64,000 bases of DNA, from contig CAVZPN010000024.1 of the NCBI GenBank assembly GCA_963777125.1, positions 6,596 through 70,595 on the forward strand, in the 5' to 3' direction. The notes under the pieces are model-generated. The model saw nothing but the letters and a program-made list of their open reading frames with translations, had not been told where the DNA came from and did not search any database. Positions 60,280 to 64,000 of the stretch are shown here, piece by piece; within the stretch, counting starts at the first letter, position 1, and every line of letters begins with the position of its first letter. Source of the DNA: an uncultured archaeon. GTDB lineage: Archaea > Nanobdellota > Nanobdellia > Woesearchaeales > UBA9642. The position numbers and the translations under genes were made by a program.

Positions 60280-63200
60280 ACCTCAAGATTCAATACAGAT
60301 GGTCCCCACATGTAAGGTAAACCTCCGACAGTTAAAACAACGACTTCTAAATCTTCGGCAGCTAATGAAACAATTATTTTACCGTTACTATCAATATCTA
60401 ATTGTCTAAAAATATTATATACCGCTAAATCATATGCATCATCAAAATCATAATCAGGATTAAATGTTTGTGAAGAATTAGTATAATTACATACTTTCGA
60501 ACCAGCATAATTTGAAGGAATAAATATAGTCGTATTATCATTATTCTCCGATTCAACTATCCATTTACAACCAACAACTTTAGGTAAAATCTCAGATCTT
60601 GCAATAGTACTTGGAATTAAAGCAGTATAAATAAAAGAATTATTTACAGAACAATTAGTATTAACTGAAGGATCATCACCAGTAGCCAATATTAATTGAT
60701 GAGTTCCTGAATTATTTAAATAACTAGGAGGTATTTGAATAATAAAAGGATCACCTAATCTAACATAATTGCTATTATATTTAGAAAGATTATATACTTC
60801 TACATCATCAATACTTAAATAATTAGTCCAATGTTGACCTGAGTAGGAAGTTATTTTTGCATCTATAATTCGCATACCTGAAGGCAAATTTATAGTTGGA
60901 CTACAATCATTAAATTTAGAACTTTCAAAAGTAATTTCGATTTCACCAGGAACAGGAGGAGATATTAAAGAAGTATAATTATAAGCAATATAACTATCAG
61001 GATATAGCGTTGATTCAGCAAATGCAGAACCAGAAAATATCATTGCCTGAGATTCGCGAGTAGAAAAACCAGAAACTATAGATGAAGCAATATCTTGGTA
61101 TATATCTGCGATGGCAGAAACATCTGTAGTAGTATAAAAATGAGTAGAATTATCACATGCTGCACTAAGATTTAATGTTTTAGTGCCATTAATACTTGAA
61201 GAAGTACCAAAAGCCACAGAATAAATACTTATATTACGACTATTATGTAAATAGCATGATAAATTGACAACCTGAGCAAAGGCAGTTTCATTACCATCTT
61301 CGCTTCCTCCTAAATCAGCAATAGTTGGACACATAACATTAAACACTCCAGTTGTAGTATTAGGACAACATGCTCTTCCAGAACAATCATTACAATAATT
61401 TAAACTTCCAACACCATCCCATGCGCGTACACAACTATTTGCATCACCATCACTCATAATTAATATTGCGCTCTGTCTTTCAGTCATATTTGCGCGTAAT
61501 TCCACATCAATAAATCCTGAAAGATTATCATTGTTTTTTAATTTTACAGCTAAAATATTATTTCCTTCAACAAAATTAGACATTGGAACAGAAACATTCC
61601 TATTCCAATAAGATCTAACATGATTAGTCGTATCATTATCAATTAAATTCCCATTTAAATATACTTCAGTATTATTGTCAGAAGCGACATATAGACGTGC
61701 ATCAGAAAATCTTGTAAGATTAGTCATTGAAAAAGTATTTCTATAATAAGTATTTCCAACATGATTTACAAATACTATCTGCACATTATCAAAATAAAAA
61801 ATACCTGATAAAGTAGCCTTATCACGACTAAGTTTCCCTCCAAAATCTAAATAATAACTGCCCGACTGAGTTAATATAGAACTTATATCTTGACTAAACG
61901 CTAAATCATCTGCGTTTGTATCAGGATCGTCGGTTGTCCAAACTTCGTAAGTTGAATCACTTGCCGTATGTCCGCTATCTTTTTGAGAACCTAGATAAGT
62001 AATATTTCCGGAAGTATTACTTATTCTTGCTTTAATCCAAACCTGATCAGCAGTTTTGTAACTTCCTGAATTTATCCACGAATAATCAAAAGATACAACA
62101 GCATAACCCCCATTTGAAATAATCGCAAGCATTTCATCAGTTACATTAAATTGAATACCATAAGAACCATCAGAGGTTTGTCTACTCGCAACACCACCAA
62201 TATTTATTCTTAATTGACCTCCAGATATTCCTGCAATAGTTACAGCAGTACTATTTCCACTATATGCACCTGTTTTATTATCCCAACCATCATTTCCACT
62301 AACATTTAATCCATAAGTGTTTGCAGTAGAATTTAATCTTCCTGAAGTAAAATCATTTGGTGACCCTAACACATCATTAACAGAAGCACTATAATATTCC
62401 CATAAATCTGCTGAAATATTATTTGAGTTAATAACTGCACCTAATCCAGACACTTTATATCCTATAGGAACATTTCCCTCTAACCAAGAAGAATCATCAT
62501 ATGAAATAATGTTCCAATTAGAATCAGGTAAATTAAATTGATGAGTAATATCGTATTTCCATAAATCTTTATGTAATTGAGGAGCTGAAAGATTAGATAA
62601 TAAATTATATGCATCAGTAATACCGCAAGAAATACAAGTAGAACCAGACGCTGAATAAAGATCTATTTCATCGCCTAATAAATTTTGATCATTAGTTAGA
62701 TTATACTTTCGTTTAGTATCATCAGCATAAGAAACTAAACCTATTCTATTTAAAGTAGTATTTAATAATACTTCATCAATAAAAATCTTATCAACACATC
62801 TAGCAACAGATATTCTACTTGTTGATAAACTATACAATGAAGGATCAGAGCAATCAAAAATATCATCACCATCATTATCACTATCAAACTCCCAATCCAT
62901 ACTACCACTTACATCTGTTGTTATAACTATGTCTCCAAATCCTTCACCATTACCAACTCTTATGGTTTGAAGAGTAATATTTTCAAACCCTATTCTTAGC
63001 GGAATTGTCGAACTATTAAAAGAAGAATAATCTATTATTGAAAAATTTGCATCAGTCAAATTCATTCTAACTTCACCATTAGAATAATTATCTAAAAATA
63101 CTGTTTTATTACCTAACGTCATAAAAAAAGTATTTTGTACAGTACTAGTATTTATCCTATAATGTAAATATATATTTAAACTATTTAATTCTCCAGGAAC

Positions 63201-64000
63201 GTATATTGAATCATAAAGGTTTACTGCACCAGCAATTCCTGGCAAATCATTAGTTTTATGAGTACTATAAGGATCATCTTGAAAATTATTTGTTTCATAA
63301 TCTATTTTTATATATCCTCCAGAGATATATGCTTTACTAAGATCTGTAAATGAAAAAGTAAAATTATTTTTGCCTTCAATTAAAGAAGCATTACAACCAG
63401 TTATTAACCAATAATCAGAAGTCATATTAATAGTAGATGCAGTAAATATGGAAACTCCTGTAGAACTATTACACGAAATATTGTTAATAGTTAAATGAAA
63501 TACTACACCCTCAGCGACATCTAATTCTAAAATCATTTGTAATACACGAATATTATTTAAATCAAAAGTTTTAGTGATATTACCCTGTCCGACAAACCCG
63601 CCAAAATAAGCATAGGATGAAGTTTTTTTATCACTTATTTTTCGTAAATAAGAAGTTCCTGACGAACCAAGTAATGGTTTTCCCTCTTCGATACCAGATA
63701 TCATTCTACTTGCAGAAATGGAATTTATTTTTAAAGCTAAATCTTGCAATAATATAGTGCTATTACCAATAGTAGTTTTAATACCATAATTATTAGGGAT
63801 AGAATTATTAATAACGTCTTCAAGCAATAATTGCGCTTTATCTTTCCTATTTGTCGCCCAATATATACCTATCTGCTCTAAAACAGTTTTATTAGTATCA
63901 GTAATATTTTGTGAATTTGTCTCATTAATAATAAAAGTGCTATTGAGCTCATTAATTCTTAATTCTGAAATTATAGATAAAATATCTTGTGATACAAAAG
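60270..64000 (-). CDS. giant extracellular vWA-domain protein (putative adhesin/tip protein), 5' end beyond window
   Basis: Frame is open from 60270 to 64000. I translated the 63828..64000 extension by hand and found no stop, so the protein is longer than 1,240 aa. MIDAS motif ITTDVSGSMDWE. Very many N-x-S/T sequons. Cys pairs. Confidence 0.6.
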   Translation of the reverse strand, partial: FVSQDILSIISELRINELNSTFIINETNSQNITDTNKTVLEQIGIYWATNRKDKAQLLLEDVINNSIPNNYGIKTTIGNSTILLQDLALKINSISASRMISGIEEGKPLLGSSGTSYLRKISDKKTSSYAYFGGFVGQGNITKTFDLNNIRVLQMILELDVAEGVVFHLTINNISCNSSTGVSIFTASTINMTSDYWLITGCNASLIEGKNNFTFSFTDLSKAYISGGYIKIDYETNNFQDDPYSTHKTNDLPGIAGAVNLYDSIYVPGELNSLNIYLHYRINTSTVQNTFFMTLGNKTVFLDNYSNGEVRMNLTDANFSIIDYSSFNSSTIPLRIGFENITLQTIRVGNGEGFGDIVITTDVSGSMDWEFDSDNDGDDIFDCSDPSLYSLSTSRISVARCVDKIFIDEVLLNTTLNRIGLVSYADDTKRKYNLTNDQNLLGDEIDLYSASGSTCISCGITDAYNLLSNLSAPQLHKDLWKYDITHQFNLPDSNWNIISYDDSSWLEGNVPIGYKVSGLGAVINSNNISADLWEYYSASVNDVLGSPNDFTSGRLNSTANTYGLNVSGNDGWDNKTGAYSGNSTAVTIAGISGGQLRINIGGVASRQTSDGSYGIQFNVTDEMLAIISNGGYAVVSFDYSWINSGSYKTADQVWIKARISNTSGNITYLGSQKDSGHTASDSTYEVWTTDDPDTNADDLAFSQDISSILTQSGSYYLDFGGKLSRDKATLSGIFYFDNVQIVFVNHVGNTYYRNTFSMTNLTRFSDARLYVASDNNTEVYLNGNLIDNDTTNHVRSYWNRNVSVPMSNFVEGNNILAVKLKNNDNLSGFIDVELRANMTERQSAILIMSDGDANSCVRAWDGVGSLNYCNDCSGRACCPNTTTGVFNVMCPTIADLGGSEDGNETAFAQVVNLSCYLHNSRNISIYSVAFGTSSSINGTKTLNLSAACDNSTHFYTTTDVSAIADIYQDIASSIVSGFSTRESQAMIFSGSAFAESTLYPDSYIAYNYTSLISPPVPGEIEITFESSKFNDCSPTINLPSGMRIIDAKITSYSGQHWTNYLSIDDVEVYNLSKYNSNYVRLGDPFIIQIPPSYLNNSGTHQLILATGDDPSVNTNCSVNNSFIYTALIPSTIARSEILPKVVGCKWIVESENNDNTTIFIPSNYAGSKVCNYTNSSQTFNPDYDFDDAYDLAVYNIFRQLDIDSNGKIIVSLAAEDLEVVVLTVGGLPYMWGPSVLNLEVWQ

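Overview
This 64 kb window looks like part of a small, very AT-rich archaeal genome, possibly DPANN-like. The archaeal call rests on an HMf-type histone, a Hef helicase-nuclease, archaeal-type PheS and PheT, TrmB and AbrB-PhoU regulators, Pelota, a FlaI/TadA-family ATPase, and pilins with class III signal peptides. No rRNA, tRNA or CRISPR array was recognised.

- **1 to 45 kb: housekeeping and accessory genes, densely packed.**
  - Membrane and redox: an SPFH/band-7 pair, and a thioredoxin reductase, membrane protein and peroxiredoxin cluster.
  - Metabolic enzymes: an M32 carboxypeptidase, an IMPase, a histidine phosphatase, a DEDDh exonuclease, a MEMO1-like protein, a class IV aminotransferase and an MFS transporter.
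  - Information processing and regulators: Hef, Pelota, PheS/PheT and Lrp/AsnC regulators.
  - Secreted proteins: two secreted transglutaminase-like paralogs (one apparently catalytically dead) and a recently duplicated pair of proteins with Tat-type (RRxFLK) signal peptides.
- **Two disrupted core genes.** pheS and pelota are each interrupted by a +1 frameshift at a poly-A tract. This is either a homopolymer sequencing error or real recoding or decay.
- **45.7 to 64 kb: a type IV pilus-like (Tad/FlaI-type) cell-surface locus with no described counterpart.**
  - Pilin-like genes: a 560 aa Cys-rich pilin-like protein with a class III signal peptide, and a second pilin-like gene.
  - Four paralogous surface proteins, three with a lipobox-like LTGC signal. 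They share G(T/Y)EGL and GQGAP(I/V)xIT motifs and carry Cys-rich repeats.
  - Assembly machinery: separate TadB-like and TadC-like membrane genes, and a FlaI-like ATPase with long K/S-rich tails.
  - Associated proteins: a coiled-coil winged-helix protein, and a heavily N-glycosylation-sequon-rich vWA (MIDAS DxSGSM) protein of more than 1,240 aa that runs off the window.
  - There is no flagellin or FlaH/G/F, so this is a pilus or adhesion apparatus rather than an archaellum, plausibly for host or cell attachment.
- **Regulatory signals.** Recurrent promoter-like motifs, including a TAGC-N4-GCTA dyad, and several intergenic tandem repeats are present.
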